A DNA stretch of 64,000 nt from Intoshia linei (lineage: Eukaryota > Animalia > Orthonectida), in NCBI GenBank assembly GCA_001642005.1, contig LWCA01000026.1, positions 14,254-78,253 of the forward strand, in the 5' to 3' direction. The position numbers and the translations under genes are program-made. A model generated the notes under the pieces. It did no database searches. It was not told where the DNA came from and was given only the letters and a program-made list of their open reading frames with translations. Shown one piece after another: positions 1 through 14,072 of the stretch (position 1 is its first letter; each line of letters starts with the position of its first letter).

Positions 1-218
1 AAGAAATTATTATAATAATTTTTATTATTTATTTATCTTTGTAAAATGTAAAATTAATAAATAAGTTGTATATTATTTTGTGAATTGTTATATCAACTTT
101 AATTTTACGGTTATTATGTAAATAAATTTTTTGTTCATCATTTCTAGAATCATGACTAGAATTTAACAATGAATTATAACTTGTAAATAACACTACATTT
201 TTCTACTACAAAAATGTA

Positions 219-616
219 TATATAAGAAATGTAAATTTGGTGGTGATGAGTGGCGAAGCAATAATTAATTTTATGCTGTAAAAATTTGTACAAGTCATTT
301 TTAACCAATTTTCCTAATATATTCAAAAGTACTTTTTAAATTTTTTTTTTTTAACCACCCTAATGTATATGTAGTTTACATAATATAAATTAATTAATAT
401 AATATTGATATAAAAAGTTAAAAAAAGCGCACAAATTTGATAATAAATATAAGTTAAAGTACACATTTTNTATATAAGAAATGTAAATTTGGTGGTGATG
501 AGTGGCGAAGCAATAATTAATTTTATGCTGTAAAAATTTGTACAAGTCATTTTTACTCAATTTCCTTAATATACTCAAAAATACTTTTTAAATTTTTTTT
601 TTGAACCACTCTAATG
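219..616. repeat. Two diverged copies of a DNA-transposon end, joined at a single-N scaffold junction (N at 470)
   Basis: TATATAAGAAATGTAAATTTGGTGGTGATGAGTGGCGAAGC... occurs at 219 and again at 471; both copies end in CAC(C/T)CTAATG|TA, the reverse complement of the CATTAGGGTG terminus at 4171. Confidence 0.7.
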
Positions 617-3600
617 TATATTATAGTTTATTTTGTATAACTTTAAATTCACTCAATCTAAGTCTTAACAATAATTACTAAATATTTATTATTATATTAA
701 ATTATATATTAACCATAAATAATTAAATAATAAAATAAGTAGTATTAAATAATAAATACACATATTTAATATCGGATAATAAACTAAATTTACAAGGGAA
801 TTTACAAAAAAATTTTTAAGTGGTACAGTTGTATCTGTTAACACACAAAAAATTTCAATTTGAAAAAGTGACGCCTTCATGGTCAAAAAAGAATTTTAGG
901 TTTCCTATATTTTTTTTCCGAAATATTTTATTAAAAAAAATGTGAAATAATTAACTGTCCGAAAATTAAAAAAAACAACAATATTTAAAATGACAACTCA
1001 ACTCAATACTTATTAATTATTTTTATTGAGAACTATTGTGAAAATTCCTTAAAAACACAACATGGGTGCCCGTTCGTCTCAATTCTCCGTTCCATTCTTA
1101 AAATTATCAAATTTTTTAAAAAATGTAACACCCTAATGAAATGTATACAGGTGATAATTTTTAAAAAAATTTAAATAAATAGAATACAAAAATAATGAAG
1201 AGTTTAATAATTTCAATATCTAATACAAATTTTTTTTACATTGTATTGATTCAAATTGCATCCATTTGACTAAATTTTAAATATAATTTAGTTTCTTTAT
1301 TTTTACCATAATCGGAATTTGACAATTCAAAAGCAAACGTATCAACTGATGTAAATATGTGGTGATATATGCTAAAATACAGTTTTTAAATATTATAAAT
1401 ATCTATTCACTACATTATAATCTCAATAACGCCATAAATATCAAAAAACCAACGTTAATGAGCGGCGTTAATGAGAGGTCTGACTCTATTATTATTATAC
1501 TTCAAAGTAACCACAGTAAAAAGCAATTTAATTTCAATTATTTGAATATTTTAAATTTATGCTTACAAGAAAGAAACATAAACAAATTTAAGATTAAATA
1601 TAAAATTTCAGCTATTATTAAAAAAATAATTTTATGGTTACAACCGATTAAATATTCAATTTATGAATCGTTTCCAACACTTTATAATTTTTTAAAATAT
1701 CTAAACATCTAAGATATCATCAAATATCTAAAAAATTTCTGATCAACAAGATTTACTACAGTTAAAACACGAGTAATATTTACAAATCATTTAACTCAGT
1801 GGTTTTAAACCTTTTATACCAAAAAAATTAGGATTGGTAGTTCGTACAGAATTTAATTTGCGTATCATTGATTTAATATTTGAATGATAACATGATTATT
1901 CAACCCCTTACTAATCGAGGTATCACATATGATTTATCACTTAAAAAGACTCATAAATAATAACGCTATAAATATTTTGTAACTGTTTTTTTCTGGTTTA
2001 ATCAAGGATATGCTTTATATTATTTAAAATTTGAATTTCACGTCGTACAATATGCTGTCTCTTAGAAATACCTAAAAATTATCAGGTTTATATTGACATT
2101 AGATATGTAAATAAAAAAATTTTATTGACAAATTTTATTTGAGCCATTTAACATGCTTTAACGAATTCTAAAAAATACACGAATGTCCTATAAAGACTAG
2201 ATATTTGTTATCCATTGAATTTAATTTACGAAAGTAGCTGTTTTCAGTTTGCAATTTGGCTTTAATTCTGGAATTAAGGTTTTTCATAAATTCAGGAAAA
2301 TGGTGATTCATAATTTTTTTTTATAATATTTCAAATATCTTCAGTTTTAATAATTTTACCAATTAATAAGCTTAATGTATTTTTTAAGTCGTATACAATT
2401 AATTCGGCTTTGAAAGGGTTAATATTGAATTTCATTTTTTGTGTTGATATAATTTTAAAGTTCACCCTTAGCAGAGCTAGCTACGGTTTGTAAATTCAAG
2501 GGTTAATTGTTTTAAATAAAGGTAGCACACATTCGATTGCTATCAATTTGCATTTTTTTGTGCCAAATGGAAAAAAGGGTTTTAAGAAAATATTTTTGTA
2601 TCAAAATTTTAGAGACAAATTTTAAATGTTTTAATTATAATTATCTTAGAATTTACAAATAAAAAAATTTCGTCATACTTTTGGAACCATTCCTTTAAAA
2701 TATTAGTCATAGTGAAAAGTTGCATTTTTATGTGAGATTTTATTTTTTAGTAAAATTAAAATAGTCCGCACTCGGCAGAGCTACAGTATTGAAAAAATTA
2801 TTATAAATTCTCATAAAATATTAATTATTAGTATTTAAAATAATAAAAATCACAAATAAATTAAAATATAATAACAAAAATAATTTCGTAGTTTCGCTCA
2901 AATAAAGAAATTATGTGAATTTTGGTTTCGGACAATATATCTGCTTTTTTCCCCATAATAAAATTATTTTTTATAAAAGTAAATATTTTTATGTCGTAAT
3001 GAGTGATATTGAATTTAAAATGCGTTAGTTATCTTTTAATATTAAGTCATTTTAGTATATTTATAAAATGAACTAGAAAAAATGCGCATTAAGTATTATT
3101 ACAATAATACGATGGAAATATTTAATGCGCATGTACTCATACTTGCTGATTAGACAATTTTTTGAATATTCCTTTCATACTTTTAGCAGATGTATGTTAG
3201 TAATTTAATTATATTCTATAACTTTTTAAACGTATATATATAATATGCTAAAGCATTTAATGAAATATATAAATAATTTATAATAATTTTTCATATACTC
3301 TATATGCTTTTTTTATGAATACAAAACAGCCCAGCTAGTAGATTATAAACTTTTACTGTATACTATTTTACTACATGCACTATTAATTAATACCCTAATG
3401 AACAATGTAATTTTTCAAATACTTGCAAACTCTCTATTTTAATATATTGCAACGTTTCACAAATTGGGCTCGTGAAATATCTTTTGAATTTCATGAACGA
3501 AATTACAATATTTTGCAAAATAAAGTAGTGTAATGTTTTAATAATTTTAAGAGTAATACCATCAAATATTTAAATAAAACATGAAATTTGTTCTAAAAAT

Positions 3601-6339
3601 TTGTTTTTATAGATCATAGATAATAATAATGTAATTTTAAAAATTACACACACAATCCATCTTTAAATATATACAACGCAAAATATCAATTTGATTGAAA
3701 AATATAGCAATTTTATGGATTTTCTAAAAAAAAAATCAAATTTAAATATTTCTTTAGCATAATATAATAATTAATAGAATTTATTAATTTATAGAATATA
3801 AATAAAATAATTATAGAATTCCAAAATAAATTTTAATATTATGCACTATTCTCATAATAAATATGATGTTTTATGAATAATTATTCAAACATATGTAAAT
3901 GTTATGTACTTTTAATTCAAATTATTCAAACATATGTAAAAGTACATAACAGTTACATTAACTCAAAAATGTTTATATATAATGTACATTAACATAAAAT
4001 TGAAAACAATTCATTTTAAATTTTAATAATTTAGCAATAATACAAAAAGTTGTTGGATAAGTTCCCTAATATAAATTTAAACCAATCTAATCGCTCTCAA
4101 TATCAAAAATTTAGAATGTTTCACTTGTAAAATATTTGTAATAAGAATGCAAGCTGATATTTTAAGTGTACATTAGGGTGTCACATTTTTTCGAAAATTT
4201 TAAAATTCGATGGCCACTTAGCACTAAAAGTGTGTATTTTTAAAATAGAAAAACTAATTCGCAATCAAAAACATTTCACGCTATCTATTCGAGTTGCGTT
4301 TGTCATTTTAAATATCACATTAAAAATAATATGGAGAAATTAAAAATTAACTTTATTTTAACGGACATTGGCGTTTAAGCTTTCAAACGTGGTCCGACTT
4401 TATAATATTGTTCTCCATATTTGAATCAAATATTGTGCCTTAATCAGAATGAATTTGATTTGGCACTCCATAACGAGCCACTATATTAGTTAGAATATGA
4501 TGAGCGACACATTCTGCGATCATATTTTCAATTGGAAATATTTCAGGCCAACCAGAATAATGATCAACCATGACCAACAAATAACGATTTTCTTCTTTAC
4601 TAAGTGGTAATGGGCCAGCGAAATCGATTTGCCATAACTAATTGAATTTAATAGATACTATTTGTTTTAATTTATAATTATAACGAAAAAACCCTGTTTT
4701 AAATAAATTACATTTTTGACAATTTTGAATAAAATAAAATAGAATAAATCGGTAACAGTTTTAATAATACTTTAATTTAAACCAGAACAATAAAAATCTT
4801 TCTTTATAGCTGACATTAATTTTTGAATATCAGAATGAGCAGATAAAGAACCAGAATGCATTTCACAAATTAGTTTATCTCGTAATACTATTGGTGCAAA
4901 CATAACTCCATATTCTCCAACTTATAACACACCTATGCCAATGACAGTATATAGTTTTTGTTTATGTATATTAGCTAGAGGAAAGTTGTATTCCTGCACA
5001 AAATCGATGCGTGTAACCAACATAAAAGAACTAGATAAAATAAGTTCTTCCAAATGTATTAAAAAAGTGACTTCACTGAAGGCTACAAGAACTGTTGTGT
5101 TTTCAAAAGAAAATATGTCTTCAATTCAAACAGATTTAAGTTTGAGTAACACACAGATTTTGACATAGCGGGTCATATCAGAGTATAAACTGGTGATAGA
5201 AATATTATTGAAACTCATCTTAAAACAAAATTGCAAAAAATCAATCACAGGTTAGATGACTTATTTACTCTTTCTAATGAAGAATTAACAATAAAAGAAC
5301 ACTTTCTAGAAATGGCAGAAAACAATACCAAATTAAAACCTCACATAATTTGCAATAATATTACTCAGCTTGTACAGAGACTTGAAAAAATGCGTGCTAA
5401 AAAATATAAAAATTTGAAAATTGGAATGGATGGAGGTGGAGGCTTTTTTAAAGTTTTTTTTACATTCAATTTTGATTTAATCAAAATTTATTATATTATG
5501 TAAATTTGTTTGAATTTGATCAATATCAATGATATGGAAATAGCAAATGTGAGACAAAGTTATAGTGATGAAATTGCATCAAAACAAAAAAAAGATCGTA
5601 GTGTCAATAAACTTTTCATTTTAGCAATGGTTCCAGGCATTCCAGAAAACTTTGAAAATGTGTTTAGTATTTGGCCAAAACTGGAAATAGAAAAATTACA
5701 ATTGCCTTATACAATAGCAACCGACTTGAAATTGGCGAATATAATCACTGGATTAATGGGTCATGGATCGAATCATCCATACAAATGGTGCGATGTGACA
5801 AAAGAAAATCTGTTACTGGATTGTGTGGGAAGTATTAGAACCCTAGGAAATATGAGAGAACTTTTCAAAAAATGGAATGAAGGTACCTTCATTAATAANG
5901 ATTTGTTTGAATTTGATCAATATCAATGATATGGAAATAGCAAATGTGAGACAAAGTTATAGTGATGGCATTGCATCAAAACAAAAAAAAGATGGTAGTG
6001 TCAATAAACTTTTCATTTTAGGCTAAAATGGTTCCAGGCATCCCAGAAAACTTTAAAAATGTGTTTAGTATTTGGCAAAAACTGGAAATAGAAAAATTAC
6101 AGTTGCATTATACATTAGCAACCAACTTGAAATTGGCGAATATAATCACTGGATTAATAGGTCATGGATCGAATCATCCATGCACATGGTGCGATGTGAC
6201 AAAAAAAAATCTGTTACTGGGTTGTGTGGGAAGTATTAGAACCTTAGGAAATATGAGAGAACTTTTCAAAAAATGGAATGAAGGTACCTTCATTAATAAT
6301 ATATATATTAATATAATAATATTACTATTAATTTATATA

Positions 6340-7885
6340 CAGTGGTTGCCAAAATGATAAAGCCACTCTTAATTACTTGATAATTTAGTGAATAACATTC
6401 GTAATAACTCAAAATTTTACAATGTGATAGTATACATTTTTATATTAATTAGCTATTATAATTTTAATTTCCATGATTTAATTAAAAAATGTTATAACTT
6501 TTATGATTTGACAATAAAATTTGAGCAACAAAATGATAAAGCCACTGGCAATTCGTAACGTTTATTGCACCATACCATTGATTTTTATCAATTTTCTGTG
6601 TCTAATGTATATCGTAAGAGAATATAATGTTTTTTTATAAAAAAATTTTAGATTAAAAATATATGAAATGGGTTAAGGTAAAAAATTAAATAACTTTGTA
6701 AAAGGGCAAATCCTAGCTTTATACAATGATGGTAAGAGTTATAGAAAAATTGGTATTATTATTGGCCGATCCAAAGATGTAGTTAAAAATTATTGTATAG
6801 ATTCCGAACAATACAGTAAAAAGAAATCAAGTGGGAGGCCTAAATTTATATCACCGCAAGATAAAAGGAGACTTTTGGGACTTGCTACACACGAAAAATG
6901 TACTGCAACTCAGATATCTATTAAAATGAATAATGCTATATCTATTCGCTCCATTCAAAGAACACTCCAACACACAAAACACATACCTAGATTATTAAAA
7001 AAACACAAAAAAAGCAGAATGTTTTTCGCTGAAAAAAATATATTAGAATCGACGGATTGGTCCAAAATTATTTGGAGCAATGAAAAGAAGTTCAACTTAA
7101 ATGGTCCAGATAGAATTCACTGCTACTGGCATAATCTAAGACAAGAATCAAAATTCTTTTCTAAGCGACAAGCTGAAGGTGGTTCTGTCATGGTGTGGGG
7201 AGGGTTTTCTGTTAGAGGAAAGTTGACGTTGGCATTTCTTGAAGCAAAGCAGGATAGTCACAAGTATCAAAATGTAATAAAAAAGTATTTAATTGACTCC
7301 AGAAGTAATATATTTGGCCCTGTAATTACATTTCAGCAACATAATGCTTCAATACACTGTTCAAAATCGACAAAATTGTTCATGAATGAACATCAAATAC
7401 CAATTCTCGAATGGCCATCATGTAGTCCAGATCTTAACCCCATTGAAAATATGTGGGGCATCATAATAAAGCGTATTTACAGGAAAGATGGCGAGATAAG
7501 ACAATTTTCGTTTAAATCGCAACTGCAGACAGAAATAATTAACGCCTGGGAGTCAATTCAGCCAATAATTTTGAAGAATATTTCAAATTCGATGTCGAAA
7601 CGGTGTATAGATATAATAAAATCGAATGGATGTAGTATTAATTATTAAATAATGTATTCATTTAATTGTTTTGTATTCTGGCTTTATCATTTTGTCGCTT
7701 AGTTTTTTTGAGAAATTATAAAAGTGCTAATATTTTTTAATTGAATTGTGAAAATATAAATTTTAACAGCTAATAATTATAAAAATGTATTATATTATCA
7801 CTTTGTAAAATTTTGAGTGGTTATGAATGTTATTCAGTTAATTATAGCGAAATTAAGAGTGGCTTTATCATTTTGGCAACCACTG
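6340..7885 (+). mobile_element. Tc1/mariner (Tc3-like, DD34E) element with ~205-bp IR/DR terminal repeats
   Basis: TA|CAGTGGTTGCCAAAATGATAAAGCCAC ... GTGGCTTTATCATTTTGGCAACCACTG|TA with TA target duplication; inner direct repeats at ~6525-6547 and ~7679-7699. Confidence 0.95.
6668..7648 (+). pseudogene. Tc3-like transposase, inactivated
   Basis: ATG at 6668, TAA at codon 3, then open (GKSYRKI HTH, SSGRP). Catalytic motifs read WSNEKKF (D>N), FQQHNA (D>H) and SPDLNPIENMW. Confidence 0.9.
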
Positions 7886-9048
7886 TATATATATAAATAT
7901 TATCCACTAGGTGTAAAAAAATTTACCAAGAAATTTGGAAACGTCATACATATTCCAATATTCCATGAAGAAAATGAATGTAAAATCTTCAATTTAATTC
8001 CACCGCCTGAATTACACTTGCTTATAGGCACTGTAAATACAATTTTTAATGCATTCAAAAAAATTTGGCAAAAAGCGGATAACTGGGTTACACTTTGCAA
8101 TATCCAACAGGAAGTTTACCACGTATTTACGTTACACGTTACACACCATTTATTGATTGATAAACTGCACTGTCCATATCCTGAATTTGTCATCGCATTA
8201 AATGANTGCTTATAGGCACTGTAAATACAATTTTTAATGCACTCAAAAAAATTTGGCAAGAAGCGGATAACTAGGTTACACTTTGCAATATCCAACAAGA
8301 AATTTACTACGGAGGAGTTTTTAATTGGAATGACTGTAAAAAGCTATTGCAACACACACATTTATTGATTGATAAACTGCACTGTCTATATCTTGAATTT
8401 GTCACCGCATTAAATAATTTCAATGCTGTTGTTGAAAGCTATACAAGATTATGCAAGCAAGCACATTTGAAAATTCATTATCATTTTATTAAATTTCTAT
8501 ATATTCAAGTTTGTCATAAATTTTTCAAAATGTTGAACTATGATTTATTTTTAGTATTTCAATGAAAATAATTATATTCAGTATAAAATGTTAAAAAAAT
8601 GAAAATTTAAATATTTTTTGCAGTAAAATTTCCATTTCTTGCATTTAAAAAAAACACTACTAAGAATTTTTTAAAATACTCCAGAAAGTGTACCGGTTCA
8701 GAAAATGTATAATTTGTAGACCTACAATTTTTTTCATCTAAAATTTATNTGTCATAAATTTTTCAAAATGTTGAACTATGATTTATTTTCAGTATTTCAA
8801 TGAAAATAATTATATTTAGTATGAAATGTTAAAAAAATGAAAATTTAAATAATTTTTTATTAAAATACTCCAGAAAGTGTACCGGTTTAGAAAATTTATA
8901 ATTTGTAAACCTACAATTTTATTCATCTAAAATTTATTCAGACAGACTGTGAGTGGGTGCTGATTTAGAAATTTATGAATTATGGTGGAATGGGGTTGGT
9001 TTAAAAAGGTTGAGAACCCCTGATGTATAATATGGACGAGCATATTAA

Positions 9049-9187
9049 CTCTTTCACTGTCTGGAATTTATGTTTTAATATAAATTTGTATAATTTTTAA
9101 ATTACCTATGTGAAAATGTATGAAAATAAAAGACTAAAGTTTTAATAATAATGCTGTGTATAGTATAGAATACAGACAGTGAAAGGG
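9049..9187. mobile_element. piggyBac-type MITE
   Basis: TTAA|CTCTTTCACTGTCTG ... CAGACAGTGAAAGGG|TTAA; same family at 20951 and 21650. Confidence 0.85.
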
Positions 9188-9333
9188 TTAAATATGTTGT
9201 GTCCACTTCAAAACTGTTTAATGAATTTTTTTTGAAAATTCAATTTCTTGTAAGAACATAAACAATATGTACCCAAAGCTATTTTAAAACGTTCCGAAAT
9301 GTGAACTACCCTAATTTATAAAATTAAATTTAG

Positions 9334-12111
9334 GTCGATTTGAGGATGATTTTATTGCCGACAGAATGACTCACTTAAATTATTGGATACACTATGCATG
9401 TAATCACCCTGTAATACGACTATGGCCAGTAATGTCACATTTTCTGACAAGCCAAGATACTAGTGTAAAAATTTTTACATTTATGGATTGATTCAAAATC
9501 TTTTAGAATTGGAAAGAAGGTAAACGCATAGCTGAAAAAAGCACATATATTGTAAGAATAAGAAAGATTTTTAAATTCATATTATAGGGTTACAGATATC
9601 TATGTTATATTGATACATTGGGTGTTGAAATGCACTTAAAAAATGCGTAATTCTCGTAATAATTACAATTTAATTTTGTATATAGGTCTACAGATATCGG
9701 TCGATGCGACGACATTGTTCAAAAAATTAAACAACCTTTTCGTAACATCCAAAATACTATGGAAACCTTCCATAAAATTGAACTTCCAATGGTTGGAAAA
9801 CACTACCTACGACTATCTAACAATTATCAACTAATTAGTGAAGGATTAAACATGACACCATCAACGAGTAATTTATCTTTACTTATTGTTAATTAAAACA
9901 TTTTGGATACAATTATAAAATATTCGTATTAATGCTTGTAATAATTATTTACAATAATAATAAATATAATAAATGTATAAATTAGGATCCAATTAAGTTG
10001 TCACATTTTTTGGTCATTTTGACCATTGCATCGGTAATTGTAGTTAAATGTGTGTATTTTTATAATAGAAAAACAATTAGACAATTCAAAACATTTAATG
10101 CTATCTATTCGAGTTGCGTCTGTCATTTTATTTTTATTTACATTTTTATATGATAAAGTTAAAATGACAAACTCGAATAGATAGCGTTAAATATTTTTTC
10201 TACAAACTATTCTTAATATTAAATAACTGAACAGATTGAGAAATAATTATCCTTGATTCTTAGATAGCTGTGACACCCTAATATACATATAGGGATTTAA
10301 AAAATTATAATTTAATATTATAAAATGTAGTTATATATAGATATGCGATATTTGAGCGGTATTTTGGATGAACTACAAAAAAAATTTAAGAATGTGGGTA
10401 CATTGTGTTGCGAAGGTAATCAACTAGAAAACAAACGTACTGCTGATACTATGCTTTTTTGTCTTAATGTCTCTACTGGGCTAAAAAATGTCATTACATC
10501 TCACCAGGTGAAATATTTATTTAACTTTTAAATAAAAACGTTTAGCTTGGCTCTCAATTTTACCAAGACACTCACCCTCTTCGCCCTGATAAAGATTTGT
10601 ACTATGCCAAACAGAGATACTCAAATCTAACGCTTTCAACTCAGGTATTTTCAATTATAAAAAAAATAATATAAATTAAAAGATGAAATAAGGTTTGCGC
10701 TATAAAAGTATATGTGAGCCATTCCCTGCCATAAATTAAAAAAACGATACATATAAATGATGTGCTACCATATTTCCTTTTACGTTGTTTGTTAGTGTGA
10801 TTCGTACATTTTTAGGATATTACAAAATCATTATAGAAAATTTAATATTAAAAAATTATGACATCAAAAAATAGAATCTATTATATTTTAAAATACATTA
10901 TCAAAAGGAATGCATCATAACTACGCCAATATTGACTAAAAAATAATAACAGTACATGATAATGTTCAGAAAATTAAATTCTATCGAATATGCGTAAAAA
11001 TAATGCGGTTTGAATTTAAAAACATGAGTTCATTATTAAAATATATAATTATATGTGTTAATTAGAATTAAAAAATTATACTTATATTAATTTTAATTAA
11101 AATGTTAATTTATCAGAACGTAGAAGTGAAGAACCGTTTTGTAGTTATAATTTACAATTTATTAATACCATACATGTATAACGTAATTATTAAATTCAAT
11201 TCGTAACGCCGTAACATTTTATGCGTATTTTGAACTTATAGTCTATTCTATTCTGAATTTATAGTCTAATTACAAGAATAGATTTTTCTGAATTTCAGAA
11301 ATATCTGTTAACTACGTTCTTATTCAATCTATTACAAATCCTACTTTAATTAAATATTCACAAGAATCTCCAAAAAACAGATTTTCAAATTTTATCATAT
11401 TTTTTGCTCGTAACAACGTAACGGTTTTTAACTGTAAACGTACGTTGTAGTATTTACTTATATGTAAAATAGTGAAAATAGCCATGTTGCACGGTATCAT
11501 ACGCGCATTTTAAGTCTATCTATGAGTATGAGTCTTGGATATTATTTCCTGTAGGTCACTTAAATTGAAATATTTACATTTTATTTGCCAGAGAATGGCT
11601 TATATTAATATCTTGTCGGTTATGTATTATCATCTAGGTCTTTAGAGAGTGAACTTTTAAAAATTTTAAAAAACATTAAATAGTAATGTTCGTTTCCCAT
11701 AATGTCATTGCATCAGGTTGAAAGCCCTAAAAGTCGACAGATCATTTTGTATTTTATATTTCTTCACATAAAACTTAACATTTCTTATAAGATGAAGAAA
11801 TGATACAAATGAAACCGTGCCCTTATTTTAAAGTTTAGATTGAGATAAAAATTATTATTTATCTAATTTATTATTTATTAAAGAAAATATTATCACTAAT
11901 AAATTATAGGCTGAAATAAATCAATATTATGCTTCAATCGCTACCCAAATCAAGAATGACATCAAAAATTGGCTTGAAGTTTCCATAAAATTTCATAATA
12001 TGGTACATAATTTATTCTTTAAATAAATTTAAACTGATATATTGTTTTATTTAGCAAATGAAACTATTCCAAGATGTATTAACTTTAGTAGATAATGATT
12101 CCAACAATTAA
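9334..12111 (+). CDS. SNX9: Sorting nexin 9/18/33 family (end of PX domain plus BAR domain), 5'-partial
   Basis: Phase-consistent GT-AG exons 9334-9464, 9507-9551, 9588-9646, 9686-9867, 10341-10507, 10546-10644, 11910-12002, 12055-12111. Translation GRFEDDFIADRM..CNHPVI..HFLT..NWKEGKRIAEK and ..STQAEINQYY.. matches the SNX9-family signatures GRFEEEFI..RHPV..WKxGKRKAE and LQAEMNHF. Confidence 0.85.
9991..10283. mobile_element. Non-autonomous foldback derivative of the CATTAGGG-terminus transposon, in an SNX intron
   Basis: First ~140 nt resemble 4171-4310; the right end is GTGACACCCTAAT; there is an internal inverted copy of CTATCTATTCGAGTT..GTCATTTT. Confidence 0.75.
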
Positions 12112-13560
12112 TCTAATTAAACATCCATTTAGTATATAAATAAAAATGTATCTTTGTTCTTCCCACACTTAGTATTATTATGTCATTATTAAATTTATTA
12201 ACAAAATCAATTAGGGAAGAATTAATTCCGTTAAACAGGTTCCCTTAGTGCAGATTTAGAAAATATCAAATAAAAATTTCCATAGCAATCAGTTACTAGA
12301 CTATAGTAACCAGACCGTATAACAATCAATTTTAAATTAGGAGTCGTCAAAGATATATGTATCCCTGTATGACTTTTTAGGACTTTTTAGTTCATAGCAC
12401 CCTTTGTACTGGCGTATATTAATTCCTTTGCATATTTATCGTACTACAATTTAAAAATTATTAAAAATAAAAAGTTACAAAGATAATTATATATGTAAAT
12501 ACCATGGAAATGACGTTTGAGTTTGGAAAACGTATTGTACGCCGTCTACTATTCAACGTGTGTAAAAATTTCAAAATTTATAAAAATCAAAATAATTAAT
12601 ATTTTAAAATAATGGCTACTGATACTACTATATAAATACAAAATACTGTTACACGCTTGAACATAGATACAGCTTAAGTTATAATGTTTAAACTATAAAA
12701 ATGAATCAAGAGCTCTAAATTTAACTAGGAGTTACTTTTCAAAGAAAATTAAAACACAAAAATAGACGTAAACTAAGTTATTTTAAAAATTCGACATTGA
12801 TATTGCACGTTTATTTTTAAATGACAAATATTGACTCAACAGTATTGATAAATTCAGAAAATTATTATTTCATGTTACATGAAATGAATATTTCATATGA
12901 TTTTAAATGTGGCCTCGGTTTAAAATAACAGTTATCATTTATTTAAGTAATTTAATTAATTACATTAAAATTTTTTAATATTTAGTCCTGTATATTAGTA
13001 TAGTTGAATCAGCCACAACATATAAAATTTGTCCAATTCGATACACATTTGATGAATCATTCGTCATTCATATGCAAAAGGTTTCTTATACCAATTATAA
13101 TATGCAAAGCGCTTACATCAACAATATACCATGTGTTATGGAATACAAATATATTTTTTATTTTAATGTGACATTTTTTGAACAGCTCAAAAGTGGTTGA
13201 AAATGTATAATAAAACGGTTTTTAGAAAGTATTTATTTAGTAGATGAAATTTTAATCCTTTGAATTGCATCAACTAGCAAAGTATCTTGTAATATATAAT
13301 GGAAATTGACAATATAAAATTGTATTTTATTGATTGCGTCTTGCTATATATTAATTTATGAACCTACATTTATTATTTATAATATATTTATTAATACAGA
13401 AAAGTTTAATAGAATTATCACATGATGATATATTTAATTCTCTCAGTAACAACAAATTGAAAAATATATATCCGAATCTTGCCATCAGGTTTGAAAGAGC
13501 TCACATATTTTTCCCTAAAACGCATTTGAATGAAACGGTAATTATTAGTATTATACAGAA

Positions 13561-13790
13561 CTAGCTTGACTGTTATGTACTACGTACAAACAGCACCTAG
13601 CTCTGCCGAGGGCACATTTTTATTATACCAAAAAAATAAATTCATGTTGAAAATCTAATTTAAAAATCGTATTATTCACTATTATCAATCCTTTAAATGA
13701 GTGGTTCCCAAACTTGTTTCAGGTGGAACCATCATATCACATTACTTTTTACTTTAAAGTGAATTACGTTATCTTAATTTTTTGTTTGTG
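13561..13790 (-). mobile_element. Non-autonomous Helitron 3' end fragment
   Basis: CTAGCTTGACTGTTATGTACTACGTACAAACAGC is the reverse complement of the hairpin+CTAG end of the 26075-27265 element. Confidence 0.75.
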
Positions 13791-14072
13791 AGGAGGAGAC
13801 ACTGACATTCTAAGTTTTTCAGAACGTTTTTTGCTATCCCTGATGAATCCTTAAAGTGAACGGTCATTCGCGTTAAGGTCTCAGTTTTATTATTATTTAT
13901 TGTAATTATTTATTTAAAATAGGATATATGGTTTCCTGAAAAATGTCAATTAACTACAAACTACAATATACCTTATTGTACAAATTATGCCTCATATAAT
14001 AATGACAAGTATTTTTATTATCATTGTAATTTAACCCTAGAATTCGAACGGTGGTAGTTTTATCGTTTAATA

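Larger units (their letters stand above)
4171..8950 (+). mobile_element. RAG1/Transib/Chapaev-like (CMC-type) DDE DNA transposon, intron-containing, defective; a mosaic of copies across N gaps
   Basis: Left end TA|CATTAGGGTGTCAC at 4171. Motifs KIGMDGGGGFFK (D1), ATDLKLANIITGLMGHGSNHPCTWCD (D2 plus CxxC), PPPELHLLIG and GVFNWNDCKKLL line up in order with RAG1-core motifs. Introns at ~5453-5503 and 6284-7910. Frameshifts present; overlapping duplicated segments at N 5899, 8206 and 8749. Confidence 0.75.

Noticed and set aside
2050-2350. Minus-strand coding-like segment MNHHFPEFMKNL..
   Set aside because: Stops in adjacent frames; cannot be extended into a gene.
4171-4180. TTAGGG as telomeric sequence
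   Set aside because: Single units forming part of a transposon terminus, not arrays.
12995-13490. Exon-like stretches (IVESATTYKICP.. and KSLIELSHDD..)
   Set aside because: No consistent splice model or recognisable family.
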